From Myxococcota bacterium (GTDB lineage: Bacteria > Myxococcota_A > UBA796), in the NCBI GenBank assembly GCA_036156175.1, contig JAYZVA010000090.1, positions 1,609 to 65,608 on the forward strand: a DNA stretch of 64,000 nt. Direction: 5' to 3'. The notes beneath the pieces were generated by a model. The model made no database searches. It was given only the letters and a program-made list of their open reading frames with translations, and had not been told where the DNA came from. Of this stretch, positions 35,611 to 45,848 are shown piece by piece. Positions within the stretch are counted from its first letter, which is position 1, and every line of letters begins with the position of its first letter. The translations under genes were made by a program, and so were the position numbers.

Positions 35611-36342
35611 TCATGGAGTCGCCGGCTCTCCCGCCGCAGACCGACCAAACATCGCCGTGATGCCATCGGGACAAATGGTCTGGGACCCCTTCGGTTCCCA
35701 GCACCGCAAATGATGCGCCCGGCCATCTCTGAATCGCACAATCACGCTGCGCTGGCCCGAGGGGTACCACAGACGCCACCGCCCGACTCTCTGACCGTGG
35801 TCAAAGCGTGCCCGGGCCCGAAGTTCGCCGTTGTCGTGCCACGAAAACATGGGCCCATCCGGTTGGCCATCCACCCAGGTCACGGCCTCATCAAGCTGCC
35901 CGTTTGGGTGCCAAAACCGCACAACACCGTCCTGGCGGTTGTTGCGCCAGGTGCCCACACTCGCCCGCTCGCCCGTCGGATGCCAGGTTCGGAACACGCC
36001 TTCTCGGGCACCGTGCACCCACGTCGACTCCGAGGCCCGCTTGCCCGTCGGGTGCCATGACACTGCCCCACCATGGGGCTGCCCGTCGTGCGAATAGCCA
36101 ACCCCCAGGGGCTGTCCATTCGCGTACCACGCCACCACCGGTCCGTGCGAACGGTTCCCCTTCCAGCAGCTGACCTGCAGGGCGCCGTCCGGACCCGGCT
36201 CCGTCTGCCGGACCGCGTCGTCCCAGCAGGGAACCGTGCATTCTCCGGGCGACGGGCACGCATCCACCATCGCCAAAGCGTCATCGATGCTGGGCGTCGG
36301 CACAGCGGCCACCGCCCACCCAATCCAGAAAAACGCAACCAT
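35611..36342 (-). CDS. MORN-variant repeat protein (YwqK-like)
   Basis: Repeats of the form W(Y/H)(A/P)(N/T)G(Q/K/E)....G.W..G...G....W. Start MVAFFWIGWAVAA (signal/anchor). A TACCTT box lies 6 nt upstream of the ATG. Confidence 0.7.
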   Translation of the reverse strand: MVAFFWIGWAVAAVPTPSIDDALAMVDACPSPGECTVPCWDDAVRQTEPGPDGALQVSCWKGNRSHGPVVAWYANGQPLGVGYSHDGQPHGGAVSWHPTGKRASESTWVHGAREGVFRTWHPTGERASVGTWRNNRQDGVVRFWHPNGQLDEAVTWVDGQPDGPMFSWHDNGELRARARFDHGQRVGRWRLWYPSGQRSVIVRFRDGRAHHLRCWEPKGSQTICPDGITAMFGRSAAGEPATP

Positions 36343-36399
36343 GCGGATAAGGTAGCGCCCCTCCTGCACATCGCACAGCAAAACTGTTACGACTCCCCC

Positions 36400-36855
36400 A
36401 TGATCACCGCCGCCGAAATCCAAGATGCTCAAGACTCATGGGGGCGCAGCGTCGTGCACGTCGGCGCTGCCGAAGACTGGAACGCCGCGCATGCGCGAGC
36501 GGTGGAGTTGGTGGAACAGCACTACCGCCTCGACGGCTCCTTGCTCTTTGGCCCCACCAAGGCGGCCGAAATCCAGTTTCGGAACCACCTTGAAGCGGCC
36601 GTGTCTTACTTCGTGGGCAACAACCCCGCGTTTCCAGAGGACCAGGGGTTTGCCCTGCAACCCTGGACATCGGTTCGATTTGAGAACACCGGGATCGTCA
36701 TCCGCGGCGAAACCGGAATGGCGATGGGCAATTACTTCTTTGGAACCGCGGATGGCGCCGAGGTGAAGGTCGAGTTTTCCTTCGTCTACGTGCGCGACGC
36801 CAAGGGCCGCCTCAAGATTCAACTGCACCACTCCGCCCTGCCCTACAGCGGCTGA
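36400..36855 (+). CDS. NTF2-like (SnoaL/DUF4440-type) protein
   Basis: MITAAEIQDAQDSWGRSVV... The size and alpha+beta pattern resemble the NTF2-like fold. The assignment is tentative. Confidence 0.45.
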   Translation: MITAAEIQDAQDSWGRSVVHVGAAEDWNAAHARAVELVEQHYRLDGSLLFGPTKAAEIQFRNHLEAAVSYFVGNNPAFPEDQGFALQPWTSVRFENTGIVIRGETGMAMGNYFFGTADGAEVKVEFSFVYVRDAKGRLKIQLHHSALPYSG

Positions 36856-36856
36856 C

Positions 36857-37990
36857 TCACAGGTAGCGCAGCCACCAGAGATCCCGACGGCGGCGCTTGA
36901 GGGCATCCCAGCGGGTGCACACGGGGACCAACACGGCCACCACGGTCGCCCATGCGCCCAAAATGACCCAGATTCGTACGGGCTCTGACGCCGGCACCCG
37001 AGGCTGACCGTGCGCGAGCCACGCCAGGGCGTTTCCAAGGGCATGGGCCAGCGGCAGGTGCAGCAAATAAAACATCATTGGCACACGCCCCATCCGGGCA
37101 ATGGTCTCCCACAACGCGCCCCTGCGACGATGGGCACCCGCCAACACCAGGACCCCCGCGCCCAACGTGAGCAGGTAAAACGCCACGCTGGGCGGGTACT
37201 TGCTGGGACTCAAAAAGTCGGCCACGGTCATCGCAGCTGCGTCTTGCATCGCCCACGGATTGGGATCCGAGTCCACCCCGCCTCGGTACAGGGCAAACGC
37301 AAGCAGCATCCCCATGCCGACGTTGAACAGCCGCGCGGGCCGGGCGCTTCGAAGGGGCATCGCAACCGACCAGCCAACGGCGGCCGCCGCAAACCACGGC
37401 AACAGCGGATAGGAGCACCGAATGGTGTGACCAAATGCCGTGAGCGACCCCGGCCGCACCAAAATGCCCCACCAGGCGGATGCCGGTCGAAGTTGGGCCC
37501 ACTCCAGACCACCAACAACGGCCAACCCCACGGCCAGCATTGCCGGAGCCGGCAGGGCCGTCAGCCCGGCCAGCAGGATCATGGAGCCACCCAGCGCCCA
37601 CAACACACCAAAATACGTCTGTGTCGGGTCCCACGACCAGCTGAAGCTGACCCAGGTCGCCTCGAGCACAATGAGCCACAGACCGCGGGTGAACAAAAAC
37701 GCCCGGGTGTCGTGCGGTCTGGCCCGGTTCCGAAGCGCCGCGGCGGCGCCCATGAGGAAGACAAAGGTTGGCGCGCACAGATGGGTGACCCACCGAACCA
37801 AGAAGAATCCGATGCTTGTCGACTCCCAGTTCATCGGATCCGCGCCGGCCGGCGCAACGAAGCCGCGAACGTGATCGAGGGTCATCAAGACGATGACCAA
37901 CCCGCGCAGTTCGTCAAAGGCACGGTGACGCGCTTCGGTTGGGGTCGTCGAGTTCGGTTGAAGGGGGGGCATCGGCGTATAATGCCACAT
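36857..37990 (-). CDS. DUF1624/heparan-alpha-glucosaminide N-acetyltransferase-like polytopic membrane protein
   Basis: RHRAFDELRGLVIVLMTLDHVRGF followed by multiple hydrophobic segments. The start is taken at the internal ATG (MWHYTPMPP). Confidence 0.7.
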   Translation of the reverse strand: MWHYTPMPPLQPNSTTPTEARHRAFDELRGLVIVLMTLDHVRGFVAPAGADPMNWESTSIGFFLVRWVTHLCAPTFVFLMGAAAALRNRARPHDTRAFLFTRGLWLIVLEATWVSFSWSWDPTQTYFGVLWALGGSMILLAGLTALPAPAMLAVGLAVVGGLEWAQLRPASAWWGILVRPGSLTAFGHTIRCSYPLLPWFAAAAVGWSVAMPLRSARPARLFNVGMGMLLAFALYRGGVDSDPNPWAMQDAAAMTVADFLSPSKYPPSVAFYLLTLGAGVLVLAGAHRRRGALWETIARMGRVPMMFYLLHLPLAHALGNALAWLAHGQPRVPASEPVRIWVILGAWATVVAVLVPVCTRWDALKRRRRDLWWLRYL

Positions 37991-38224
37991 GCTCTCGCCC
38001 CTCCTCCGACCCTGCAGTGCGGGTCTCGAGTCACTCAAACCGCCCGTTGTCCGGCGCGGCCGCGACGCATCGACTGGCGGGACCGGTGCGGTCGACTTCG
38101 TCAGAGCGGGGAACGCCCGCTCCTCGTCCCCCCGACCAGCGGGCCGCCAAAACGCTGCGTGGACGGACACGGACGATTCCGGTCAACCCCGCGCCTTTTG
38201 GCTGGCGCACAAACGGTTCACGCC

Positions 38225-38701
38225 GTGAACGAACCCGCTCCGTCCCCACCGCAGCCCACCATCTGGGTCGACGCCGATGGCGTCCCGGGCGCCGTCAAAG
38301 ACATCATCTTCAACGCCAGTCAGCGCACCAAGGCCCCCGTGCGGCTGGTCGCCAACCGCTGGCATCAGACCCCCCCGTTTCGGTGGATCGCCGCCGTGGT
38401 GGTCGAGGGGGGACTGGATGTGGCCGATGACTACATCGCCGAACAATGCGCGGCCGGCGACCTGGTGATCACCTCGGATGTCCCGCTGGCCGCCCGGGTG
38501 ATTGAACGGGGCGCCACGGTTGTTCGATTTCGCGGAGAGGTATTGGATGCATCCAATGTGCAGCAGCGCCTTCAGGTCCGCGACTTCTTCGACGACCTGC
38601 GCGGTACCGGGGTGCAAACTGGGGGTCCACCACCGTACGGTCCGAAGGACAAACAGCGCTTCGCAAACGCCTTGGACCGGTGGTTGGCCGCGCAACGATG
38701 A
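38225..38701 (+). CDS. yaiI: YaiI/YqxD-family protein (UPF0178/DUF188)
   Basis: TIWVDADGVPGAVKDII...LVANR...DVADDYIAEQCAAGDLVITSDVPLAARVIERGA...VQTGGP closely parallels E. coli YaiI. A GTG start is inferred. Confidence 0.85.
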   Translation: MNEPAPSPPQPTIWVDADGVPGAVKDIIFNASQRTKAPVRLVANRWHQTPPFRWIAAVVVEGGLDVADDYIAEQCAAGDLVITSDVPLAARVIERGATVVRFRGEVLDASNVQQRLQVRDFFDDLRGTGVQTGGPPPYGPKDKQRFANALDRWLAAQR

Positions 38702-38736
38702 TGAGAATCCGCACGACGCATTGCACTTGAGCCGGT

Positions 38737-39270
38737 TCACTCCTCGAGGGCGTCGACCCAGCCTGCGGAACTGTCGGGAAAGGCGTCGCAATAGGGCACG
38801 TAGGGCTTGATGTCGAGCACCGGTGTGCCGTCGATCAGATCGAGCCCTTGCACGATCAAGCGGGCACCCTCTCGTCCAATCAACGCCACTGCCGAGAGGC
38901 CGATTGGATTGGGGTGGTGGGGAGAACGCGTCGCCAAGACCCCGCGTCGAATGCCGCCGCGCGGCGGACGGACCAGGGGCCCCCACTTTGGATTCAAATG
39001 CAGGTAGGTCACCAGCCAGATTCGGTCGAACCCTTCGATGTCACGCAAGGCCGTTTCCGGCACCCGTTCGGTGTCGATCTCAACGGCGCCCACCATCGGG
39101 TCTCCGCCGCCGCCCCCGCCGCGAACGACGGCTTGGCGGGGTGTTCCGTGGCGCTCGGTGTAGGGCGAGCGCACGAACCCAATCGGAGCCATGGTGACGG
39201 TTGACGGCACATCCACGGCACCGCGGTGGTCGCGGGGTGGTGGGACGTCTTTGTTCTTGGACCACGCCAT
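38737..39270 (-). CDS. trmO: tRNA (N6-threonylcarbamoyladenosine(37)-N6)-methyltransferase TrmO (TsaA/YaeB family)
   Basis: PIGFVRSPYTERHGTPRQ...FDRIWLVTYLH...GVLATRSPHHPNPIGLSAV...GTPVLDIKPYVPY. Confidence 0.85.
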   Translation of the reverse strand: MAWSKNKDVPPPRDHRGAVDVPSTVTMAPIGFVRSPYTERHGTPRQAVVRGGGGGGDPMVGAVEIDTERVPETALRDIEGFDRIWLVTYLHLNPKWGPLVRPPRGGIRRGVLATRSPHHPNPIGLSAVALIGREGARLIVQGLDLIDGTPVLDIKPYVPYCDAFPDSSAGWVDALEE

Positions 39271-39306
39271 GGCGGACTGTATCTCGGGAGGCTCGGCCTT
39301 GCCGGG

Positions 39307-40413
39307 CTACTCGTTCGACGTCAGTGCCGCGGTCTCGTCGCGCACATCGCCCTTGCCCCACTCGGTGTCCTTGTTGGCGAGCTTGGCGGCCTGCTTGGCT
39401 TTCTTCTCGGCCTGCAGCTCCACCAAGTGGTGGTGCGTCGTGAAGAACGGCAGGCTGGCGCCGCGAAACTCGTCCAGGGTCTCGAAGCCGTGCTGCTCCA
39501 TGAAGGCCAAGGTCCCCTCGATGAGTTCGTCGACCATGCCGAAGCCTTGCAGCATGGGCCCCGTGCACGACTGCACGGTGTGGGCACCCACCAGCATGTG
39601 TTCAATGGCATCATTGGCGCACGTGACGCCGCCGATGCCCGAGATCGTCAACTCGGGCAGCGACCGCGCAATCTCCGAGACCATGCGCAGGGCGATCGGT
39701 TTCACCGCGTAGTAGCTGTAGCCACCATAGGTGCTGTAGCCCTGCACCGTGGGCTGCGGCTTGAGGGTCTTCAGGTTGATCCCAATGCACGCCAAGATGG
39801 TGTTGATGGCGCTCACCCCATCGGCACCGCCGGCCAAAGCAGCCCGGGAGGGGGCGGTGATGTCGGTGATGTTCGGGGTCATCTTCGCCCAAATGGGGCG
39901 GCCGTTCGCAACTTCAGACACCCACCGGGTGACCGTTTCGACCCGTTCGGGGTCTTGCCCCATCGCCGCCCCCATGCCGCGCTCCGGGTGACCGTGGGGG
40001 CAGGAGAAGTTCAACTCGAGGGCATCGCAGCCCGCGTCAAAGGAACGCGACGCCACTTCCTGCCACCGGCCTTTGTCGAAGCTCTCCATGATCGAACCAA
40101 TCAAGATTCGTTCGGGAGGGGTGTCTTTCACCCGCTTGAAGAAGTCTTCCCAATCTTCGAACGAGAGGTCAGAGATCAGCTCGATGTTTTGGAATCCCAC
40201 GTTGTCTTTGCTCGGACTCCGCAGCTTTCCGTATCGGGGCTGAACGTTGACGACGGGCGTATCGGACAAGGCCGTGGTCTTCGCCACCACGCCGCCCCAC
40301 CCCGCCGCGAAAGCCTTGTTCATGATGGTGGCGTTGGTGCTGGGAGGGCCCGATCCGATCACGAAAGGATTGGGAAATTTCAGGCCGTTTACGGTCGTCT
40401 CCAAGGTGGGCAT
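39307..40413 (-). CDS. Dihydropyrimidine dehydrogenase PreA-like / dihydroorotate dehydrogenase-like FMN oxidoreductase (no ferredoxin domain)
   Basis: LKFPNPFVIGSGPP...ALELNFSCPHG...AKMTPNITDI...GVSAINT...SGIGGV. GAGGA lies upstream of the ATG at 40413. Confidence 0.75.
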   Translation of the reverse strand: MPTLETTVNGLKFPNPFVIGSGPPSTNATIMNKAFAAGWGGVVAKTTALSDTPVVNVQPRYGKLRSPSKDNVGFQNIELISDLSFEDWEDFFKRVKDTPPERILIGSIMESFDKGRWQEVASRSFDAGCDALELNFSCPHGHPERGMGAAMGQDPERVETVTRWVSEVANGRPIWAKMTPNITDITAPSRAALAGGADGVSAINTILACIGINLKTLKPQPTVQGYSTYGGYSYYAVKPIALRMVSEIARSLPELTISGIGGVTCANDAIEHMLVGAHTVQSCTGPMLQGFGMVDELIEGTLAFMEQHGFETLDEFRGASLPFFTTHHHLVELQAEKKAKQAAKLANKDTEWGKGDVRDETAALTSNE

Positions 40414-40571
40414 AGTCGTCCTCGAGTTGATGCGTGAGTGTACCACCCGACGCCGCGTGGACGGGTCACTCCTGCAAAATGGGGACCCCATGGTACGACG
40501 GATTGCCCGCCGTTGGATACCCAGGGTCACCGGTTTCGTTCCGAGGGGCGGCTGGAAAAGGAGAACCCGAG

Positions 40572-42074
40572 ATGATGTGGAAGTGGATTGGCGTCGGTGT
40601 GTACATGATGGCCCTGGTCGCAATCGGCGTGGTGGCCAGTCGGCGCATGTCCTCGGTTCGCGATTACTACGCAGGCAACAAGCGCTTCGGATTCTTGGCC
40701 GCGGCGTTCTCCGCAAGGGCCACCGGCGAGTCTGCTTGGTTGCTGCTCGGGCTGACGGGAATGGGGGCGTTGCTGGGGGTCCAAGCCTTCTGGGTGGTGT
40801 TGGGCGAGGTGCTCGGCGTGGCCGGGGCATGGCTGCTGATGTGCCGGCCCTTCAAGCGGCTCACCGACGAGTACGACTCGCTGACGATTCCCGACTACCT
40901 GGAGAGCCGATTCCAAGACAAGAGCCAGCGCCTGCGTAAGGTGGCGGCCACCTGCCTGGTCGTGTTTGTGACCATCTATGTATCGGCCCAAATCGACGCC
41001 ACCGGCACGGCCTTCGAGAGCTTCTTGGGCGTGGACTACTACACGGGCGCGCTTGTGGGATTTGCGGTTGTGATGGCCTACATCGTGTCCGGCGGGTTTG
41101 TGGCCGTGGTGTGGTCCGACGTGTTTCAAGGAACGCTCATGTTCTTGGGGCTGGTCACGCTGCCCATCGTGGCGTTGGCATCCATCGGCGGCTGGAGCGA
41201 GATGATGACCGCACTGCACGCCATCGATCCGCACCTCACGAGTCTGTCGGGACCGGGCGGTTGGTCGGGCATCCGGGTGTTGGAGATCGTTGGCCTGAGC
41301 CTCATCGGGCTCGGGTTTTTGGGTTCACCGCAGATCTTTGTGCGCTTCTTGGCCCTCAAGAGCGAGGACGAGATCGCGCCCGGCGCGGCAACCGCGTTGG
41401 TGTGGACGTTGCTGGCGGACTCCGGCGCGGTGGTGACCGGAATGGTGGGACGCGCCATCTTGGCCCCCGTCGGCACGTCGGCGGACTTGCTGGGCAACGG
41501 GGGGCAGGACGTGCTGCCGTTGTTGGTGGAGCAGGCCCTCCCGGCGCTGTTGGTCGGCTTGTTCATCGCCATCGTGTTGAGCGCCATCATGTCCACGGTC
41601 GATTCGTTGCTGGTCGTGGCCTCTTCGGCGGCCGTCCGGGATTGGTACCAGCAGGTCAAGCACCCCGAGATGCCGGACGAGGCCTTGGTGGGCTTGTCCC
41701 GCAAGGTCACGTTTGGCCTGGCCTTGGCCAGCCTCGGCATCGCGTTGACCGTCGCGGTGCTCGTGCCCGGACGGACCGTGTTTTGGTTTGTCATCTTTGG
41801 ATGGTCTGGCATCGCGGCCACGTTCTGCCCCACCATCATCCTCAGCCTGTTCTGGGGCCGCTTCACCGCCAACGGCGCACTGGGCGCGATGCTGGCGGGA
41901 TTCGTGGGCGTGCCCCTGTTCAAGTTTGGTGCCACGGCCTTGCCCGGGGTGGGGCCCGCCTTCGCCGCCCTGTCCGAGCTGCCGCCGGCGTTTGCGCTCT
42001 CGGCGTTGGTCGGGATTGCGGTGAGCCTCCGCGACCGCGCGGGTCAGGCGGCTTTGGCGAAGGCGGAGGCCTGA
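40572..42074 (+). CDS. Sodium:solute symporter family transporter (PutP/PanF-like)
   Basis: AAGGAG lies 7 nt upstream of the ATG. YYAGNKRFGFLAAAFSARATGESAWLLLGLTG (SSS signature region), with about 13 hydrophobic segments. Confidence 0.8.
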   Translation: MMWKWIGVGVYMMALVAIGVVASRRMSSVRDYYAGNKRFGFLAAAFSARATGESAWLLLGLTGMGALLGVQAFWVVLGEVLGVAGAWLLMCRPFKRLTDEYDSLTIPDYLESRFQDKSQRLRKVAATCLVVFVTIYVSAQIDATGTAFESFLGVDYYTGALVGFAVVMAYIVSGGFVAVVWSDVFQGTLMFLGLVTLPIVALASIGGWSEMMTALHAIDPHLTSLSGPGGWSGIRVLEIVGLSLIGLGFLGSPQIFVRFLALKSEDEIAPGAATALVWTLLADSGAVVTGMVGRAILAPVGTSADLLGNGGQDVLPLLVEQALPALLVGLFIAIVLSAIMSTVDSLLVVASSAAVRDWYQQVKHPEMPDEALVGLSRKVTFGLALASLGIALTVAVLVPGRTVFWFVIFGWSGIAATFCPTIILSLFWGRFTANGALGAMLAGFVGVPLFKFGATALPGVGPAFAALSELPPAFALSALVGIAVSLRDRAGQAALAKAEA

Positions 42075-42082
42075 CGGGGCCT

Positions 42083-42886
42083 TCAGTGCGCTGTGACCCC
42101 GTCCAACGCCCGTTCAATGGCCTGCAATCCGGCCGTTAGGCACGCCGGGCCCGGTTGGAGAATCTCCGCCGAAGACAGTTCATGAATGCGCCCGTTCTCG
42201 ATGGCGGGAATGGCGGACCACCCCGGGCGGGACAACACCGCATCGCGGTCAAAGCGCTTGCCGCACCAACTGGCCAACATCACCTCGGGCGCGGCGTCGA
42301 GCACTTCTTGGGGCTGCACAAAGCGTTCCTTGGCGAGCTTGCCTGTCGACCGCTCCGCAAAGATGTCATCGCCACCGGCAATGCCGATCAGCTCGCTGAC
42401 CCACTGAATGGCCGAAATCATGGGGTCATCCCACTCCTCAAAATAGACGCGCGGCCGGTGACCGCGGGCCGCGGCCCGATCCTGGGCGGCCTCGAGTCCG
42501 GTGATGTAGGAGCCCACCAAATCGGCCGCGGCATCGGCGCGGCCCACCAAGCGACCCACGTCCACCACCACATCCAGAATCTCCTGGATGCTGCGTTGGT
42601 TGAAGATCAGCACATTCAGATTGTTGGCGATGAGCTTGCGGGCGAGGTCGGCTTGGATGTCGGAAAACCCGATCACCAAGTCGGGTTCCAGCGCCTGAAT
42701 CTTCCGCAGTGAACCGTCCACAAAGGCGCTGACCACCGGCTTGTCACGCCGGGCTTCGGGCGGACGCTCGGTGTAGGCGCTGATGCCCACAATGCGATCG
42801 TGTTCGCCAAGTGCATACAGGATCTCTGTGGGCTCTTCCGTCAGACACACAATGCGCTGAGGACCCCTGGGCACTGTCCATGTCAT
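42083..42886 (-). CDS. Class III (BtuF/FhuD-like) periplasmic-binding-protein-fold protein, with no obvious signal peptide
   Basis: RIVCLTEEPTEILYALGEHDRIVGIS...LEPDLVIGFS... Confidence 0.65.
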   Translation of the reverse strand: MTWTVPRGPQRIVCLTEEPTEILYALGEHDRIVGISAYTERPPEARRDKPVVSAFVDGSLRKIQALEPDLVIGFSDIQADLARKLIANNLNVLIFNQRSIQEILDVVVDVGRLVGRADAAADLVGSYITGLEAAQDRAAARGHRPRVYFEEWDDPMISAIQWVSELIGIAGGDDIFAERSTGKLAKERFVQPQEVLDAAPEVMLASWCGKRFDRDAVLSRPGWSAIPAIENGRIHELSSAEILQPGPACLTAGLQAIERALDGVTAH

Positions 42887-42917
42887 CGGCCGTCTGCGCT
42901 CCCCGGTTGGGCGGTTG

Positions 42918-44387
42918 CTAGAACAGGTTGTTCTTTCGCGCTGCCAGCGCATGATTGATGTAGACCGTCTTGGATTCCGAGTAGAACTTCCAGGCATCGG
43001 GCCCCATCTCGCGGGGACCAACGCCGGTCGCCTTGATGCCGCCAAATGGCATGTGCGCCTCGCCGCCAATGGTGGGGTTGTTCACGTGCATCATGCCGGT
43101 CTCCAAGCGTTCGATGACCTGAAAGGCGTGGCTGATGTCGCGGGTGAACACCGAACCGGTGAGCCCGTATTTGACGCCATTGGCGACCGAGATGGCTTCG
43201 TCCACCGACGACACCCGGATCACCGACAACACGGGGCCAAAGATCTCCTCGGTGGCGATGCGGGCCGAGGCGTCGACGCCGTCGAATACGGTGGGCGCGG
43301 GGAAGTACCCCCCGGCCAGTCCGCCTTCCGTCAATCGCGAGCCGCCGCAGCGAAGTTCTCCCTCACCGGCGCCAATCTCCATGTACTTGAGCACCTGTGC
43401 CAACTGCTTTTCCGAGACGCTGGGGCCCATGGTGGTGGCCTCATCAAGGGGGTGCCCGGCGCGCACCGCCGCGGCATGGTCGAGCACCTTGGCAACGAAC
43501 GCATCGGCCACGTCGTCCATGACGATCGCCCGACTTGTCGCAGTGCACCGCTGACCGGTGGACCCGAACGCCCCTTTTGCACACGCGCCGGCGGCCAAGT
43601 CCAGGTCGGCATCCGAAAAAATCAACAGGGGATTCTTGCCCCCCAGCTCGCACTGAATCGGTTTGTGCAACGCCCCGCACTGGGCCTCGATGATGCGGCC
43701 AACCTCGGTGGATCCCGTAAAGCTGATGGCGGTCACATCCGGGTGCTCGATGATGGCTGTTGCGGGCGCGACATCGCCGTGAACAATGTTGACCACGCCA
43801 TCGGGAATGCCGGCCTCTTGGATGAGCTTGCCGATCAGGTGCGCGGTGGCCGGTGTTTCCGGTGCGGGCTTGAGCACCACCGTGTTTCCCGCCGCGATGG
43901 CGGGCGCGATCTTCCACAGGGGAATGCAGACGGGAAAGTTCCAGGGAGTGATGAGCCCCACGACGCCGTGGGGGCGCCAGATCGTCATCGCGAAGGTGCC
44001 GGGAATCTCACTTTCTGTGGTGATCCCCGTCATGCGCCGGGCATCGCCTGCTGCGAACTCGACGTAGCGGGTGGTCTTCGCAACCTCCCCGCGGGCCTCG
44101 GCAATGATCTTGCCCTCCTCCATCGAGAGGACCTCGGCCAGCCGCTCTTGATCGCGCTCCAGCAGCCGCACAAGCCGAAACAGGTACTCGCCCCGCTTGG
44201 GGGCCGGGGTGTCGCGCCACGCGGGCAGTGCAGCCTTGGCCGCTTCAATGGCGGCGTGCGCTTCATCGGCACCCGACACCGGGCGGGTGCCCAGCACATT
44301 CGCGACGTCGGCCGGACACGTGTTCTCGGCAGTCTCGGGTCCCGGCAGCCATTCACCGCCAATCCAGTTTCTGCAATCGATGTTCAT
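42918..44387 (-). CDS. NAD(P)+-dependent aldehyde dehydrogenase
   Basis: FTGSTEVG, ELGGKNP, GQRCTA catalytic Cys context, PFGG. Confidence 0.9.
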   Translation of the reverse strand: MNIDCRNWIGGEWLPGPETAENTCPADVANVLGTRPVSGADEAHAAIEAAKAALPAWRDTPAPKRGEYLFRLVRLLERDQERLAEVLSMEEGKIIAEARGEVAKTTRYVEFAAGDARRMTGITTESEIPGTFAMTIWRPHGVVGLITPWNFPVCIPLWKIAPAIAAGNTVVLKPAPETPATAHLIGKLIQEAGIPDGVVNIVHGDVAPATAIIEHPDVTAISFTGSTEVGRIIEAQCGALHKPIQCELGGKNPLLIFSDADLDLAAGACAKGAFGSTGQRCTATSRAIVMDDVADAFVAKVLDHAAAVRAGHPLDEATTMGPSVSEKQLAQVLKYMEIGAGEGELRCGGSRLTEGGLAGGYFPAPTVFDGVDASARIATEEIFGPVLSVIRVSSVDEAISVANGVKYGLTGSVFTRDISHAFQVIERLETGMMHVNNPTIGGEAHMPFGGIKATGVGPREMGPDAWKFYSESKTVYINHALAARKNNLF

Positions 44388-44390
44388 GGA

Positions 44391-45848
44391 TCAATCCTTC
44401 CGTTGAAGCGTCATGAGGGCCAAGTACAGTCCGCCGGCAATGAAGAAGCCCACGAACCACGCATAGGTGTAAATGTCGGTCCAGATCGGCGCCACCTCGT
44501 CCACAAAGCCCGCGGCCTTGGCGAAGCCCAACACGTTGGGCAACACGGCCACGATCAGCGCAATGACCGCCGCGGGATTGAACCCGCCGCTGTACCAGTA
44601 GGGACCGTCCTTGCGGAACAAGCCGTCGAGGTCGTACTCGGTCTTCCGCAACAGGAAATAATCGGCGATCAGGATGCCACCGATGGGGCCCAACAAGGCC
44701 GAGTAGCCAATCAACCAGGTAAAGATGTAGCCGCCGGTGGACGCGATCAGCTTCCAGGGCATGATGGCCACCCCGATGCCCGCGGTGATCATCCCGCCCA
44801 TTCGGAACGTGACTTTCTGGGGTGCAGCGTTGATCATGGCGTTGGCCGGGCTCACCACGTTGGCGGCGATGTTGGTCGAGAGGGTGGCGATCGACAACGC
44901 AAACAAGCTGACCACCACCGAGAATCCGCCGCCCATTTTCCCAAGAAGGACCGTGGGATCCCAGATGGGTTCACCAAAGATGACCGTCGTGGCACTGGTC
45001 ACCGCGACGCCGATGAACGCAAACAGGGTCATGGTCGTGGGCAACCCAATCGCCTGGCCCAGCACCTGGTCCCGCTGGCTCTTCGCATAGCGGGTGAAGT
45101 CGGGGATGTTCAGGGAGAGCGTGGCCCAGAAGCCGACCATCGCGGTCAATGAGGGGAAGAACACGCTGAGAAACTGACCTTCCTTGGGACCGCCCGCATC
45201 AAACTGGCTGGGCGTGGACAACATGGTGCCAAACCCACCGGCTTTGGCATACGCCCAGCCGAGCAGCGCGAGCCCCATCGCGATCAAGAACGGCGCCGCG
45301 TAGGTCTCGAGGATCCGAATCGATTCCACGCCGCGCCACAAAATGGCCACCTGAATGGCCCAGAACCCCAGGAAACACAAGAACTCCACGCCGTTGATGC
45401 CCAAAAAGCCAATGGGTTCACCCCCCAGCGGGCCTCCGGCCACGACGCCCAGCAGCTGGTAAATCGCCGCCCCGCCAATCCAGGTTTGAATGCCGAACCA
45501 CCCGCAGGCCACCAATGCCCGCAGCAAGCTGGGGATGTGGGCGCCGTGAATTCCAAACGCGGCCCGCGACATCACGGGAAACGGCACGCCGTATTTCGTG
45601 CCCGGATGGCCGTTCAAAATCATGGGAATCAACACAATGACGTTGCCCAACATGACGGTCATGACGGCTTGTCCCCAGCTCATGCCTTGTTCGATCAGAC
45701 CGGCCGCCAACATGTAGGTCGGCACGCACACCACCATGCCCACCCACAGGCTGGCCATGTTCATGACGGACCAGTGGCGCTCGGCGTCGGTCGTGGGACG
45801 AATGTCGTCGTTGATCAGGGACGGGTCGGGGTTCTGTACAGCAGACAC
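44391..45848 (-). CDS. NCS1-family nucleobase/hydantoin:cation symporter
   Basis: NDDIRPTTDAERHWS...(NCS1 N-terminal motif), 12 TM-like segments. The GTG start (rc 45846-45848) is preferred because GAAGGAAGG lies 4 nt upstream. The ORF track starts at TTG 45869. Confidence 0.85.
   Translation of the reverse strand: MSAVQNPDPSLINDDIRPTTDAERHWSVMNMASLWVGMVVCVPTYMLAAGLIEQGMSWGQAVMTVMLGNVIVLIPMILNGHPGTKYGVPFPVMSRAAFGIHGAHIPSLLRALVACGWFGIQTWIGGAAIYQLLGVVAGGPLGGEPIGFLGINGVEFLCFLGFWAIQVAILWRGVESIRILETYAAPFLIAMGLALLGWAYAKAGGFGTMLSTPSQFDAGGPKEGQFLSVFFPSLTAMVGFWATLSLNIPDFTRYAKSQRDQVLGQAIGLPTTMTLFAFIGVAVTSATTVIFGEPIWDPTVLLGKMGGGFSVVVSLFALSIATLSTNIAANVVSPANAMINAAPQKVTFRMGGMITAGIGVAIMPWKLIASTGGYIFTWLIGYSALLGPIGGILIADYFLLRKTEYDLDGLFRKDGPYWYSGGFNPAAVIALIVAVLPNVLGFAKAAGFVDEVAPIWTDIYTYAWFVGFFIAGGLYLALMTLQRKD

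Noticed and set aside
40479-40491. Palindrome ATGGGG-A-CCCCAT in the divergent region between the PreA-like gene and the SSS transporter gene, considered as a regulator operator.
   Set aside because: It is a single short 6-bp-arm palindrome with no second copy and no adjacent regulator gene in the window. Such palindromes are common by chance.
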